Part shown: piece by piece, positions 35,052 to 47,570 of the stretch
How the letters are laid out: every line of letters begins with the position of its first letter
Position numbering within the stretch: the first letter of the stretch is position 1
From: Leucoraja ocellata
Taxonomy: Eukaryota
Assembly: GCA_036785375.1 (NCBI GenBank)
Contig: JAWMAR010000165.1
Span: 992,001-1,056,000, forward strand
Length of the DNA stretch: 64,000 nucleotides
Direction of reading: 5' to 3'
The notes under the pieces: generated by a model
Databases searched by the model: none
Told to the model about the DNA's origin: nothing
Seen by the model: only the letters and a program-made list of their open reading frames with translations
Translations under genes and position numbers: made by a program

Positions 35052-35339
35052 AAGCCCTGTCCTACTGTACGAGGTCATTCAAGAATTCTCCTGAGTTTGC
35101 CCTGATTCGAACTCGGAGATTTACGGTAATGGCCGCTCGTAGGTACTCGGGGCTCTTGTGGACATTTTTCAACTTCTTGAAAAAACTTCACGAGCTTACC
35201 GCAACCTGCCGTTATCGTTACGAGCCGCTAAGAGACGTCCCGAGCTCCGATGTACCCACTACGTACATTCCACGGACTTACCACGAGTTTGATTTTTCAG
35301 GAGAGCTCTTGGGTAAACTTGTATAGTGGGACAGGCCCT
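35052..35339. mobile_element. MITE, same subfamily as 59589-59894 (opposite orientation)
   Basis: AAGCCCTGTCCTACTGTACGAG / CTTGTATAGTGGGACAGGCCCT followed by TAA. Confidence 0.75.
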
Positions 35340-35789
35340 TAAGTCGCTCTCTCTCTCTCTCTCTCTCCCTTTTACCGGGGCAACAAGGCTCCGTGGCTTT
35401 CTAACCAATCCAGGGATGTACAGAGTGGAACAGGGCATCGCAGGAAGTGAGGGAAATGTAGATTGTTCAGGTTAATAGACTTTAACAGTTGCATGTAAAA
35501 ATGTCAAAGAATTACTGAAGCGAATGCAGTTAACATTCATAAACAATGTATTGTCAGAGTCAGTGGCACCAGTCTGATGGGTGTTGCAGACTAATCACTG
35601 ATGTGCAGCAATGCGTACCCAGAGACTGCTGCAGACAATGTATTAGAAGCAGAGCAAGAGCATGGCAGTATTTCCTGCAGCCTCTCTCCCCCCTTCTCTC
35701 TCTCTCTCACACCCTCACTTCCCTGCCCCAACACTTTCAATCTTCTGTCCCCCATTCCATCTTAACCTGATGTCGGGACAACAGACATT

Positions 35790-36452
35790 TCTCTCAAATA
35801 TCAGCAAGACAAAGGAGATGGTGATCGACTTCAAGAAGCAAAGCAGTACACTTACACAAAATTGCAGAGAATCGTGAACACAGCTGAGCCCAGACCATCA
35901 CACAAACCAGCCTCCCATCCATTGAGCAAAGGAGATAGGCATGTTTCCCCAAACATTGCCTATTTCCTTCGCTCCATAGATGCTGCCTCACCCGCTGAGT
36001 TTCTCCAGCATTTTTGTCTACCTTCGATTTTCCAGCATCTGCAGTTCCTTCTTAAACAACTCCCATCCATTGACTCCATTTACACCTCACGCTGCCTCGG
36101 CAAGGCCAGCAGCATAATCAAGGACGAGTCGCACCCTGGCCACTCCCTCTAACCCCCTTCTCCCATCGGGCAAAACGTATAGAAGTGTGAAAACACACAC
36201 CTCTAGACTCAGCGACAGTTTCTTCCCAGCTGTTATCAGGCAACTGAACCATCCTACCAACAACTAGATAGCAGTCCTGAGCTACTATCCATCTCATTGG
36301 AGACCCTCGGACTATCTTGGATCGGACTTTACTGGACTATCTTGCAATAAACATTATTCACGTAATTCCCTTGATCATGTATCTGTACACTGTGGATCGC
36401 TTGATTGCAATTGTACATTTCCCTCCTTAGTACACGTAACACAGGCACACTC
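35790..36452 (+). mobile_element. Rex1/Babar-type LINE fragment with nested hairpin element at 35926-36059
   Basis: NISKTKEMVIDF and LPSIDSIYTSRCLGKASSIIKDESHPGHSL; nested element flanked by 14-bp TSD CTCCCATCCATTGA (35912-35925, 36060-36073). Confidence 0.8.
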
Positions 36453-38279
36453 TTGAACTGAATGGCGAGACTGACTTGGAAGACTTGAATAGGGTTGACA
36501 CATTTCCCAGGTTAGCTGCCGTTGGACAAGCTCTTCTTCCCTTGTCTGGATTTTGAACCACTATCTTCTCGACTATCATCTTGCGCGTGAAACCTAACAG
36601 CAGGTGTGATGTGGGCTTCCTCCAGGGATGACAGGAGCTGCATGCCTAAGCGGGTGAGCAACTGTGCTTGGGTGAGTGTGCGACCCGACATTCGCTCTCC
36701 CTTGGCAACAGGGTGGGTCCATGTCATTCCAGATGTCTGAGGCAGTTTCCAAGCCCAGGAGCAATAGGCCAGTCCTGGGTGCCACCCATTCGAGCCGGGC
36801 GTGACTAAAACTCTTTAAATACAATCCGTCCGCTTTTATTTTGAGCTGTGGTTCATCAGAAAGACAGAGACTCCATTTCAGGCAATCTTTTTTTTTTGCC
36901 AACTGACTCTCGTGCCCCAAGACTTTCACGGGAAAAGACACAGATATATCACGATCCATGTCCTTCAGAGACGCTGCCTGACCTGCTGAGTTCCTTCAGC
37001 AGTTTATGCTTTACGCAGGATTCCAGCATCTACAGTTTGTATGTCTGCAGTTTTCCCAGCCTTGAAATCAAGTATTACAGATAATGACATATTCTTGAAA
37101 TAAAGTTACTAAAAGCACAGTGCTGGAGTAGCAGAACAGGTCAGGCAGCAGCAGGGAACGAGGCTAGGTATTAGGTCGAGACCCTTTTTGTTGTAATGAA
37201 GGAAACATGATGGGCATCTTGCACAGAGTGAGATCGAACAAACACCCGAGATAATGACCACATCAATGTGATTTTAGGGGTGGGAGATTGCAACCTAAAC
37301 GCGGTCCGCCCTGTTTCCACGAATGCAATCAACCCGGCGTGCACAATCAAATAAGATCAAATAGAACAAGTTGTCCTACAACTTTAGGCTGTGCACGCCA
37401 TTCACAAGAAAAAGAAGAAGAATGTGATTTTAGACAAGGAACATCGTCGGGGCAGGTCCCAATCTTCTCCAAGATATCTCCTCTGGCAGCTCGTTTCATA
37501 TACCTACTACCCTTTATATAAAAATGTTGCCCCTCAGGTTCCTGTTAAATGTCCTCTCGTTCTTGATTCCACTGGGTTAAAAATCCTGTGTATTTACACT
37601 ATTTATTCCACTATACAACTCTATAAGGCCACCCCTCATCCTCCAGAGAATAAAACCCCAGCCTGTCAAACCAACGAGCTCAGGCCCTCAAGTCCTGGCA
37701 ACATCCTTGTAGGTTTTCTCCGCACCCTTTCCAACTTAACAACATCTTTCCTATGACAAATTGATCAAAATAATGAGCAGATTTGCAGGTTAATTGCCCG
37801 ATGTAAATTGGCCCGAGTGTGTCGGGAGTGGATGAGAAACATTGAACTAGTATGAATGGGTGATCGACAGTCTCGGTGTGTGGGCTCGGTGGGCCGAAGG
37901 GCCTGCTTCCATGCTGTATCCTTTAATATAGCTGGTGTTGCAATGTGATCTTGCCGGGATTATCTGAACATGGACGGTAAAAGGAGGAGACCTCCCTCCC
38001 TCCGTGAGAGCAGCTGCAGAAGGGGCCCGTCACAACTGTCTGGGTAAACAGCCATGGCAACACAAGACGAGCTGCTTCCAACTGGACTGCTCTCTCCCTC
38101 TCATCCACCTCGCCCATTGGCTGCCTGAAGACCTGCCCACCACACATTACCATCTGAATGCCAGCAACACTTTGCAGTGTCAATTAATAAACTCTTCTCC
38201 CGCACTGTTTGCTGTATGTCTGGCTACTGAGAGATACTGGGTGGGTTGTCGAAACATGAGGAGACGGTGCATAACCAAT

Positions 38280-38610
38280 GAGTGTGCCTGTGTCACGTGT
38301 ACCAAGGAGGGAAATGTACAATTGCAATCAAGCAATCCACAGTGTACAGATACATGATCAAGGGAATTACGTGAATAATGTTTATTGCAAGATAAAGTCC
38401 AGTAAAGTCCGATCCAAGATAGTCCGAGGGTCTCCAATGAGGTGGATAGTAGCTCAGGACTGCTATCTATTTGTTGGTAGGGTGGTTCAGTTGCCTGATA
38501 CCAGCTGGCAAGAAACTGTCGCCGAGTCTAGAGGTGTGTGTTTTCACACTTCTGTACCTTTTGCCCGATGGGAGAGGGGGGTTAGTGGCCAGGGTGCGAC
38601 TCGTTCCTGA
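38280..38610 (-). mobile_element. Rex1/Babar-type LINE 3' end, inverted twin of ~36125-36452
   Basis: Reverse complement matches 36125-36452 including the non-consensus end. Confidence 0.8.
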
Positions 38611-39309
38611 TTATGCATCTATAGAACGAAGGAAATAGGCAACGTTTCGGCCCGAAACCCTTCTTCCTATTTCCTTCGCTCCATAGATGCTGCTGCACCC
38701 GCTGAGTTTCTCCAGCATTTTTGTGTACCTTCGATTTTCCAGCATCTGCAGTTCCTTCTCAAACACTATAATAGTCATCGGTCTGCAGTTTTATCTTCAC
38801 ATGGCTTCCTGGAGGCTATAATGAGAGGCGGTGAACAAGCATAATTCAGCATGAAAACATCCATCCCAAATTAGCAGCAAGAACGTTCACCAGTCCACTC
38901 TCGCAGACAGGATTAGCCACTCTGTTACGCCATGACTTCAGCCGCCTTCGCTCTTCATTAACTTTGCCTGACCCTTTCTCTGCAGTGGGTCATTGATATA
39001 CAGTGCCGAGCCCCCACCTCAGTTACATGTAGTGGAAACCTGCAGCTCGGTGACGCTCATTAATATAGCTCGGCCTACGTCCCAGTGATGTTCAGACCTG
39101 CATTCTCCAAAACTGGATCTCAGTAAAACACAGGAATCATCCAGAAAAAGCAAGCCAAGTGCTTGTCCGAACTTCCAAGTAACAGATTTAAACCACCCGG
39201 TAGGCAGTTGGCTGGATTGCTTCACCTCAAGAGCCTTTAACTAATGATACACAGTGATAGACGTGTATCCTCTGAGCCACAACATTGGGTCAGTGCGAGT
39301 CAGTGAAGC

Positions 39310-39615
39310 TCAGTGGCGCAGGTGGAGGTATTGCTGCCTCACGCCACCAGAGACCCGGGTTCGATCCTGACCGCGGCTGCTGTCTGTGTGGAGTTTGCAC
39401 GTTCTTCCTGTGACCGGGTGGGTTACCTCCAGGTGCTCTGGTTTCACAAAGACGTGCGGGTTGGTAGGTGAATTGGCTATTGTAAAACTGCCCCTCGCGT
39501 GTAGGGAGTGAATGAGAAAGTGGGATAACATAGAACTACAGTGAATGGGTGATCGATGGTCGGCGTGGACGCTATGGGCCGAAGGGCCTGTTTCTATGCT
39601 GTATCTTTCAATTCA
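39310..39615 (+). mobile_element. tRNA-derived SINE
   Basis: A box TGGCGCAGGTGG, B box GGTTCGATCC 39358-39367, CR1-like tail. Confidence 0.85.
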
Positions 39616-40010
39616 ATCAACTCAAATCTGCAGAGTCCCGACCCAAAACATCATCTATCCACGTCCTCAAGCCTGACCCGCTGAGTTACTCCGGCACTTT
39701 GTGTCATTGATCCAAAGCAACAACATACAGCAAGACTGGTGTCCTTCTCTGCTGCACTCACTTGTACCCACTGCACTACACTGCAGTGATACACACCGAC
39801 ACATCAGTGCAGCTCAACGACATACGATAACACAGCCATAGCCTCCAGCACTACATGCCCAGTGACACACTGTGTGATCCACACCCAAATACCACACCTC
39901 TGTGAAAATCAGTGACTGACCTGCTTTCATTACCTCACACAGTGAGAATCCTGCACCCCCCCCCCCCCCCCCCCCCACCGCAATGTGATATTGAGCATGT
40001 AATGATATGA

Positions 40011-40443
40011 CTTTTCCATGGATTGTCACCTTGTCGTGGTGGAGAAGCTTGTGTGGACCTGAGATCCAGAGAGCGATGCCATCTGGAGCAATGTTCCTGG
40101 TAGGGCCACCCATGGCGGTAAGGTCAAGGGGGAGGTCTTTGACAAAGAGCAATCCAATCAAGACCTCAACGGTGGAACAGACGGAGGACGATGGCTGACC
40201 TTAGGTGAGGGTCACAACGGCTGGGAAGGTGGATGAAGGCTGCAGCAGAAAAGGGTCTCCGGTTGTCTTGGACTCCATACCACTGGATCCTGACCCAGAT
40301 CTGTTAAGGACCCCACGTGGGGGTGGCTGTCTGTGCACCAGTCTCCCCACGTTAAACAAAGTCACGCACAGGCATCCTCCATATAGGGAATAACACCCTG
40401 GAGACAGACACCCATGGTCAGCCATGACCGAAGGGGATCTATG
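40011..40443 (+). mobile_element. Short non-autonomous RTE (BovB/Expander-like) element: 5' UTR fused to 3' end
   Basis: CACCTTGTCGTGG..GCTTG..GATGCC..AGGGCCACCCA..GGTCA..TGACAAA resembles RTE 5' UTRs; CCATGGTC..GACCGAAGG resembles RTE 3' stem-loop; AATGATATGA / AATGATGTGA flanks. Confidence 0.65.
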
Positions 40444-41364
40444 AATGATGTGAAGAGTCCCGGCCCATTACGCCACCCTTCCATGTTCCCCACAGATGCC
40501 ACCTGACCCGCTGAGTTACTCCTGCACTTTGCGTCTTGCAGTGACATCCAACAGTGGCCCTGTCCCTCCGGTCCACAACTGCCCTGATATGTAGTGACAG
40601 CCCTGTCCTCTCCTGTACCACATCCCCAACACAGGGCATCACATCCTTGTTCCGTCCACACCATCTACACACTGTGACCCTCCCACACCATCCAGTCCTG
40701 CAACCCACTTGTCCCCGACTCTCCTGGGATACAGCGTGACACAGCATCACACCCCCACACTCTCCTGTACTGATTCGTAGTGTTAGATCAGACAGACTTA
40801 TACCGCAATGCAAGCCCACTGTAATGTGGCACCATTGTACCGTACTTCCTACAATGCACTCGTGACCCATAAATCAACACGGTAACAAAACAATAAGATA
40901 GTTACAGATGACTACCCTCCAGTAGAGCATCCCAGAGATGGGCCCAGGACATCTACTGTTGCATTCCAATGATGTACAGTAACATCCAGGGTCAATACAC
41001 TGTGACAGAACTCGGCGATATTCAGTGTCGTCACCACTCTGGTAATAAGGTGTCGTACAGTGAAATACTTCCAACACAGTGTTTTAAAATGGAAGCCTGC
41101 AGATGCCAAGTATGTAACTCAGCTTATATAACGCAGACAAGTACTCCTCTCCGCATCTTCACAGTATTGTAACCAGTGACATACCTGCACCCACGCACAA
41201 GTTACACCACCCACAGTGAAGTGTTTTTTTAATTTAAAGATACAGCCTTCGGCCCACGAGTCCACACCAACCTTCGATCACCAATTCACAATAGATCTAT
41301 GTTATCCCACTTTTTCCATCTGTCCCAACAGTTTAGTTTAATTTATTAGTTTCGCTTATTTTAG

Positions 41365-41650
41365 AGAGACAACACAGAAACAGGCCTTTCTGCTCACTGG
41401 GACCGCGCCGACCAGGGATCCCCGCATATTAACACTATCCTGAACACACTAGGGACAATTTTTACTTTTTACCAAACCAATTTACTTACATTAACTGTGC
41501 GTCTTTGGAGTGTGGGAGGAAACCGAAGATCTCGGAGAAAACCCACGGGGTCACGGGGAGAACGTACAAATGGGTACAGACAGCGCCCATGGTCGGGATC
41601 GAACCCAGATCGCTTGCGCTGTAAGGCAGCAACTCTACCGCTGCGCCACC
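41365..41650 (-). mobile_element. tRNA-derived SINE (further copies at ~41810-41950, 42365-42660, 43470-43740, 43810-44115)
   Basis: Reverse-strand GGTGGCGCAGCGGTAGAG and GGTTCGATCC. Confidence 0.85.
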
Positions 41651-44389
41651 GAGCTGCCTGTGATACACTGTCACGTGTACCAAGGTACAGTGTGAAGCTT
41701 GTGTTGCGTGCCAACCAGTCAGCGGTAAGACAACACAGGATTACAATCGAGCCTTCCGCACCGTACAGGCACAGGATAAAGGGAACTTCATACACACAAG
41801 GGGCAATTTACAGAGGCCAATTAACGGAAAACCCCGCACATCTTTGAGATGTGGAGGAAACCCACGCTGTCACAGGGAGAACGTGCAAACTCCACACAGA
41901 CAGCACCCGAGGTCAGGATGGAACCCGGGTCTCTGGCGCTGTGAGGCAGCGACACAAGCCCCACATTGCTCTGTGCTATTGAGGTGAATGAGCCAGCACC
42001 ACAGCGAGTGAGTGACGGGAAGGAGCAGAGGGAGGTAGTCGGGCAGACATCGCCCTTCTGACTCTAGTGGGATCGGCCAGAACTATCACAACGCTGCATC
42101 AGCTGTCACAGGCGCTGACCTTCAACTATGCTGCTCAGTGCCCTAGACCTTGGCAGCTGCAGCCCGGGCTGGCGATGGGGGAGGGGGTCAGCTCACTGCT
42201 CTGCCTGCCTGCCTCGCCCAAGTATTGACTACCGTATGCACCAGTGTTCACCCCCTAAACCGCCCACAACTCTTTTACTATGCAAGAGTTTGCTACTCAA
42301 AGAGCACGGTGCATATTTAACTCTGCCCACTGCTAATTCTTTCATCCAGCACTTCAGACTTTACTTTAGAGGTACAGCATGGAAACAGGCCCTTCGACCC
42401 AACGAGACTGTGTTAACCAACGATCGCCCACTACCACTATCCTACCCACACTTGGGACAATTTACAATTTTTACCGAAGCCAATTAACCTACAAACCTGT
42501 ACGTCTTCGGAGCGTGGGAGGAAACTGGAGCACCCGGAGGAAACCCACGCGGTCACAGGGAGAACGGACAAACTCCATACGTCTGTGCCCATAGTCAGGA
42601 TGGAACCCAGGTTTCAGGCGCTGTAAGGCAGCAATGTACCACTGCCCAACCGTGCTGCCCCGACATATTCCACTCTCTAGCATTTGCAGAGCTGGGTGTA
42701 TACTGTAGCATGCCATTTGTAACAGGATCCAAGTCTAAATTGACTCATTGCAATGATCTTTGGAAAAGCCGCATTAAGCTTATAACCTATCGAGCGGTGG
42801 GGTTAATGAAATTGTGAGACTCAGCTAGAGGCTAATCACAGCTTAATGACCCCACTTTATGAATCAGCACTCCTCGAGTTGCAAGGAATAACTATCCGAT
42901 GTAAACGGACTCACAAGTCCTGGGAGAAATGGCAACACAGTGCACTTGAACCCATTGGTGGCGGCTGCCATTTGCAAAGCAAAACGCTGCAGATGATGGA
43001 AATCTGAGATATAAACAGAAATATTCAGCAGCTCAGGCAGTACCCGTGGAGAGGGGGGTAGAATTAACAAGCTCCCCGTTCTGATGAAGGGCTGTTGATC
43101 CAAAACTTTCACCCTTCACAGTTGCTGCCCAACCTGCTGAATAGTTTTGGCACTTCCCATATTATTACTGGTCTTATTGAGCATTGTGTTATGCTTTATA
43201 TTAAAGGGGACACCCACAAGATGACGAACGTTACATGCAACAAAATGAGTTTACGAGTCTTCACCAAAAATGACCATGGCATCTGACCCGTGATTTATAC
43301 ACAGAGAGGAACTGGGTAGGTCCCTCCCGGAAGCCGTGGTCCTATTCAGAATCAGAAAGGGCCGAGAAAACACAAGAGACTGCAGGTACTGGAAAACACA
43401 AGGTGCTGGAGGAACTCAATGGGTTAGGTAGTATCAGTTAGATGCTGCCTGACCCACTGAGTTTACTTTAGAGATACAGCGCGTAAACAGACCCTTTGGC
43501 CACCGAGTCCACACCGACCAGCGATCACCTCTTAGACCAGCACTATCCTACACAGTGGGGATAATTTACAATTTACAGAAGCCAATAAACATACAAACCT
43601 GTATGCGTGAGGAGTGTGGGAGGAAACTGGAGCACCCAGGGAAAACCTACGTAGTCACAGGGAGAATGTACAAACTCTGTACAGACAGCAATCATAGAAA
43701 CTGGGTCCCTGGCTCTGCAAGAGCGTGCCACTGTGATGCCGTGCTCCAGCACGTTGTGTTCTTTCCTAATTACAATCCCTGGCTATGATCCATTTCTCAC
43801 AGTGGTTTAGTTTAAAGATACATCTTTGGAACAGGCCCTTAGGCCCACCAAGTCCATGCCAACCATCGATCACCTGTTCACATTAGTTCTATGTTATCCC
43901 TCTTAGTCATCCACTCCCTGCACACCAGAGGCAATTTCACACAGGCCAATTAACTTACAAATCCGCACGTCTTTGGGATGTCGGGAGGAAACCTCAACAA
44001 TGAGAACATGTGGCAATGAGAACATACAAACTCCACACAGACAGCACACGAGGATCAGGATCAAACCCGGGTCTCTGGTGCCATAAGGCATCAGCTCAAT
44101 CAGCTGCTCCACTATGGTTTATGGCAACATTTCCCAGCTTTCAAAACCAACAACTCTTTGCTTCCATGTAGTGTCCTCAACTAAACAAAATAACATCAGG
44201 CACTTGATTGGGACTATTCTCTGACAGATATTTCACCAAATCATGGAAGATTCAGGGCGGAGATTGGCCAAAGATTGGTTTAGGCTTCATCCTAAAGAGG
44301 CCGATGGATTTATACAGAGTTTTGGATTCTTGCAGCCAATAGAAACAACTTTAGGCCCTTCCAATGTAACAAACCACCCGCACAGACTG

Positions 44390-44823
44390 AATGCCCAGGT
44401 ACAAAGGAGATTGCAAAAACTGTTGGGACACTGCCTGGTCCATCACAGGTACTGATCTCCCCACTATCAAAGGGATCTACTGGAGGCACTGCCCCAATAA
44501 GGCAGCCAGCATCACCAAGGACTCACACCACCCTGGCCACACTCTCATTTCACTCCTGCCATTGTACAGGAATGTACAGGAATCTGAAATGTCCAGGTTC
44601 AGGAACAGTTTCTTCCCAGCAACCCTCAGGCTTCTCAACACTCCGAACACTAACGTTACTTCAAGCTATGAATTGCCTTGGTTGCACTAGGAAATTTGGG
44701 CTTTCACATTGTTTTTAGTAATTTATTGAACTTTTTTTTTGATTGTTTATTACGTTATTGAATTGAGTACCATGTTATTCTGTTATGACCCGTTATGCTG
44801 CTGCAATTAAGAATTTCATTGCT
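44390..44823 (+). mobile_element. Rex1/Babar-type LINE 3' end (tail resumes 45251-45292)
   Basis: SITGTDLPTIKGIY..KAASITKDSHHPGH..SRFRNSFFPATLRLLN in ORF 44391-44690. Confidence 0.75.
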
Positions 44824-45250
44824 GGGCCGTTCTTTGGAAAGTGAACCAAAATGTCACACACGTGACCAAATGGCATCACATAAAGTAATACATTGTAAAA
44901 GATTGATCTTGTTCATTGCTATTTTCCTACCTACAGAACTATAATGCATGTCTGCTAAAGACATGGACACCCTAGCTTTTTAAAATTCACAAGAGTTTGT
45001 AAGATTAAAAAGCGAGTCATGAAAAAAATGCTTCCGTGTGAGGTCACACACGTGACCAGTCCTATTTGACCTCTGACCCTACACAAACATTGTCAGCCTA
45101 ACATAAATATTTCACTTGATAAACTTCAAAAAAAAATATGAATCATATATGCAGTACAAAACAATATACCTGTAATGCTTTTCAGGATTAGATGCGATGT
45201 ATTTCACAATTTTTCACATTTCTGGCCACACATGTGACTGAGAATGGGCC
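44824..45250. mobile_element. ~427-bp non-autonomous DNA element with short TIRs
   Basis: GGGCCGTTCT / AGAATGGGCC ends; TGCT(G) duplicated at 44820-44824 and 45251-45255; internal GTCACACACGTGAC motifs. Confidence 0.7.
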
Positions 45251-45700
45251 TGCTGCGTTTCAGTACATGTGACAGCCAAACACCCTTGACTCGAACAATG
45301 CTGCTTATTTTGGTCAACTAGGGTAGCCTTTTCACCAAAGGGTGCACTCTGAAGATGCCTGAAGAAAGCTTCTAACCCAAAACGTTGTCTGCCCATTCCC
45401 TCCATAGATGCTGCCTGACCACCGAGTTACTCCAGCACTTTGCGTTTGTTTTGCTCGAGATTCCAACGCCTGCAGTTCCTTGTGTCTGCAAAAAATCAAC
45501 CCACGTGTCTTTGGGAGGTGGGATGAAACTGGAGCACCCAGAGGAAAGCCAGGAAGAATGCGCAATGTCTACCAAGACAGTTTGCACATACCTGTCCACA
45601 AACTCCTGATCCAGAGATCAGGATTGAAGGGGTGTCACTGGAGCTGTGAGATTGCAGATCTACCAGCTGCACTGGTGAGCCACATTTTATAGCCCACTTA

Positions 45701-45998
45701 AGGGCCTGTCCCACTTACGCGATTTTTTTCGGTGACTTGCCGGCACCCGTCATAGTCGCAGCAGGTCGCCGTAAATGTTCAACATGTTGAAAATCCCGCG
45801 GCGACCAAAAAAGGCACGACGCTTTGGGCGACTACTCACGACCATACAGGCGTCACACCGCGACATGTCGCCACGTAACGCCTGTATGGTAGTTAGCTGT
45901 CACCCAGAGAGTCGTACCTTTTTCTGGTCGCCGCTGGATTTACAACATTTTGAACATTTTCAGCGACCTGCTGCGACTATGACGGGTGCCGGCAAGTC
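45701..45998. mobile_element. Truncated MITE with long inverted arms (AGGGCCTGTCCCAC family)
   Basis: TTA then AGGGCCTGTCCCACTT; GACTTGCCGGCACCCGTCATAGTCGCAGCAGGTCGC mirrored at ~45963-45998; right terminus lost. Confidence 0.75.
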
Positions 45999-46373
45999 AG
46001 TTAAGGGGCTTTTAGAAAGGCACAAAGGTAAGCAAGGTATGGAGAGACATGGATCACATGCAGGCAGAGGAGAATATTTATCTTGGCTGTATGTCAGCAC
46101 ATTGTTGGCAACAGGGCCTGTTCCTGTGTTGCTCTGTTTTACATTCTATTTCATGATGATTCATCCTTGGTAAAACAGGATTGGGAAGCATATTCAGTAA
46201 TAACTTTAAACCTGAAGAGGCCAATTCTGCAGGAAGGAACTAGGGCATGGTGATTGCTTTCAAAGAACTGTTATGGACACAAAGGCCTTAGTAACCTCTT
46301 CCTGTTCTGTACGTGATTCTACAGCATTGTCCCAATTGAGGATAATCTGTCAGTGAGACTAATGATGCACTTT

Positions 46374-46752
46374 AATAGACAATAGGTGCAGGAGTAGGCC
46401 ATTCGGCCCTTTGAGCCAGCACCGCCATTCAAAGTGATCATGGCTGATCATCCTCAATCAGTATCCCGTTCTTTCCTTCTCCCCATATCCCCTATCTTTA
46501 AGAGCCCTATCCAGCTCTCTCTTGAAAGTATCCAGAGAACCGGCCTCCACCTCCCTCTGAGGCAGAGAATTCCACAGACTCACAACTCTGTGTGAAAAAG
46601 TGTTTCCTCATCTCCGTTCTAAATGGCTTACACCATATTCTTAAACTGTGGTCCCTGATTCTGGACTCCCCCAACATAGGGACATGTTTCCTGCCTCTAG
46701 CGTGTCCAAACCCTTAATAATCTTATACGTTTCAATAAGATCCCCTCGCATC
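46374..46752 (-). mobile_element. CR1 LINE 3' end, same subfamily as 26760 and 13963 copies
   Basis: AATAGACAATAGGTGCAGGAGTAGGCC tail; nearly identical to 26765-27125. Confidence 0.85.
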
Positions 46753-47144
46753 CTGGATTCTTCACTGTTATGTAGCAGCATGGTTACCAATAATAGAAAG
46801 GTGCCACAGGAGAAATAAGATTTAATAACACCTCACAACAAGGGCCCTTGGACTTGGTCAGTTTGGGTAACACAAATCAATAAATGTGCTTCAAAGTGAG
46901 TGGCTTCAGAGGGGGCGAATCTGTCAGTGAACCTTTAAACTTGAACCCAGGATGAAGATAGAATGGGATTGGGAGAGTAAACTCATGCAGCATGTCCTGC
47001 AGAGCTGATGGGAAGTCAGTAATACAGCAGATTAGAAGTGGCACACACACTGCCTGCCAGACTCCGCCAGAATGTGGGGTGCTGGCCCTACACTAGGATT
47101 CCCCTCCCCCCCTCTCTCTGTCTCTCTCTCTCACAGTTTCAGTT

Positions 47145-47570
47145 CAGTTTAGTGTCACATGTACCGAGGTACAGTAAAAAGCTTGTGTTGCCTACTGACC
47201 AGTCAGTGGAAAGACAATACATGATTACAGTCGATCCATTCACAATGTACAGATACATGATAAGGGAATAATGTTTAGTGCAAGGTAAAGTCAGTAAGAT
47301 AGTACAAGGGTCTCCAATGAAGTAGATAGTTCAGGACTGCTCTCTAGTTGGTGGTGGGATGATTCAGTTGCCTGATAACAGCTGGGAAGAAACTGTCCCT
47401 GAATCTGGAGGTGTGCGTTTTCACGCTTCTGTAACTTTTGCCCGATGGGAGAGGGGAGAAGAAGGAGTGGCCAGAGTGCGCCTCATTCTTGATTGTGCTG
47501 CTAGCCTTGCCGAGGCAGTGTGAGGAATAAATGGAGTGAATGGAAGGGAGGCTGGTTTTGTGTGACGGTC
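47145..47570 (-). mobile_element. Rex1/Babar-type LINE 3' end
   Basis: ORF 47344-47589 HCLGKASSTIKN..PLPSGKSYRSVKTHTSRFRDSFFPAVIRQLN. Confidence 0.8.
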
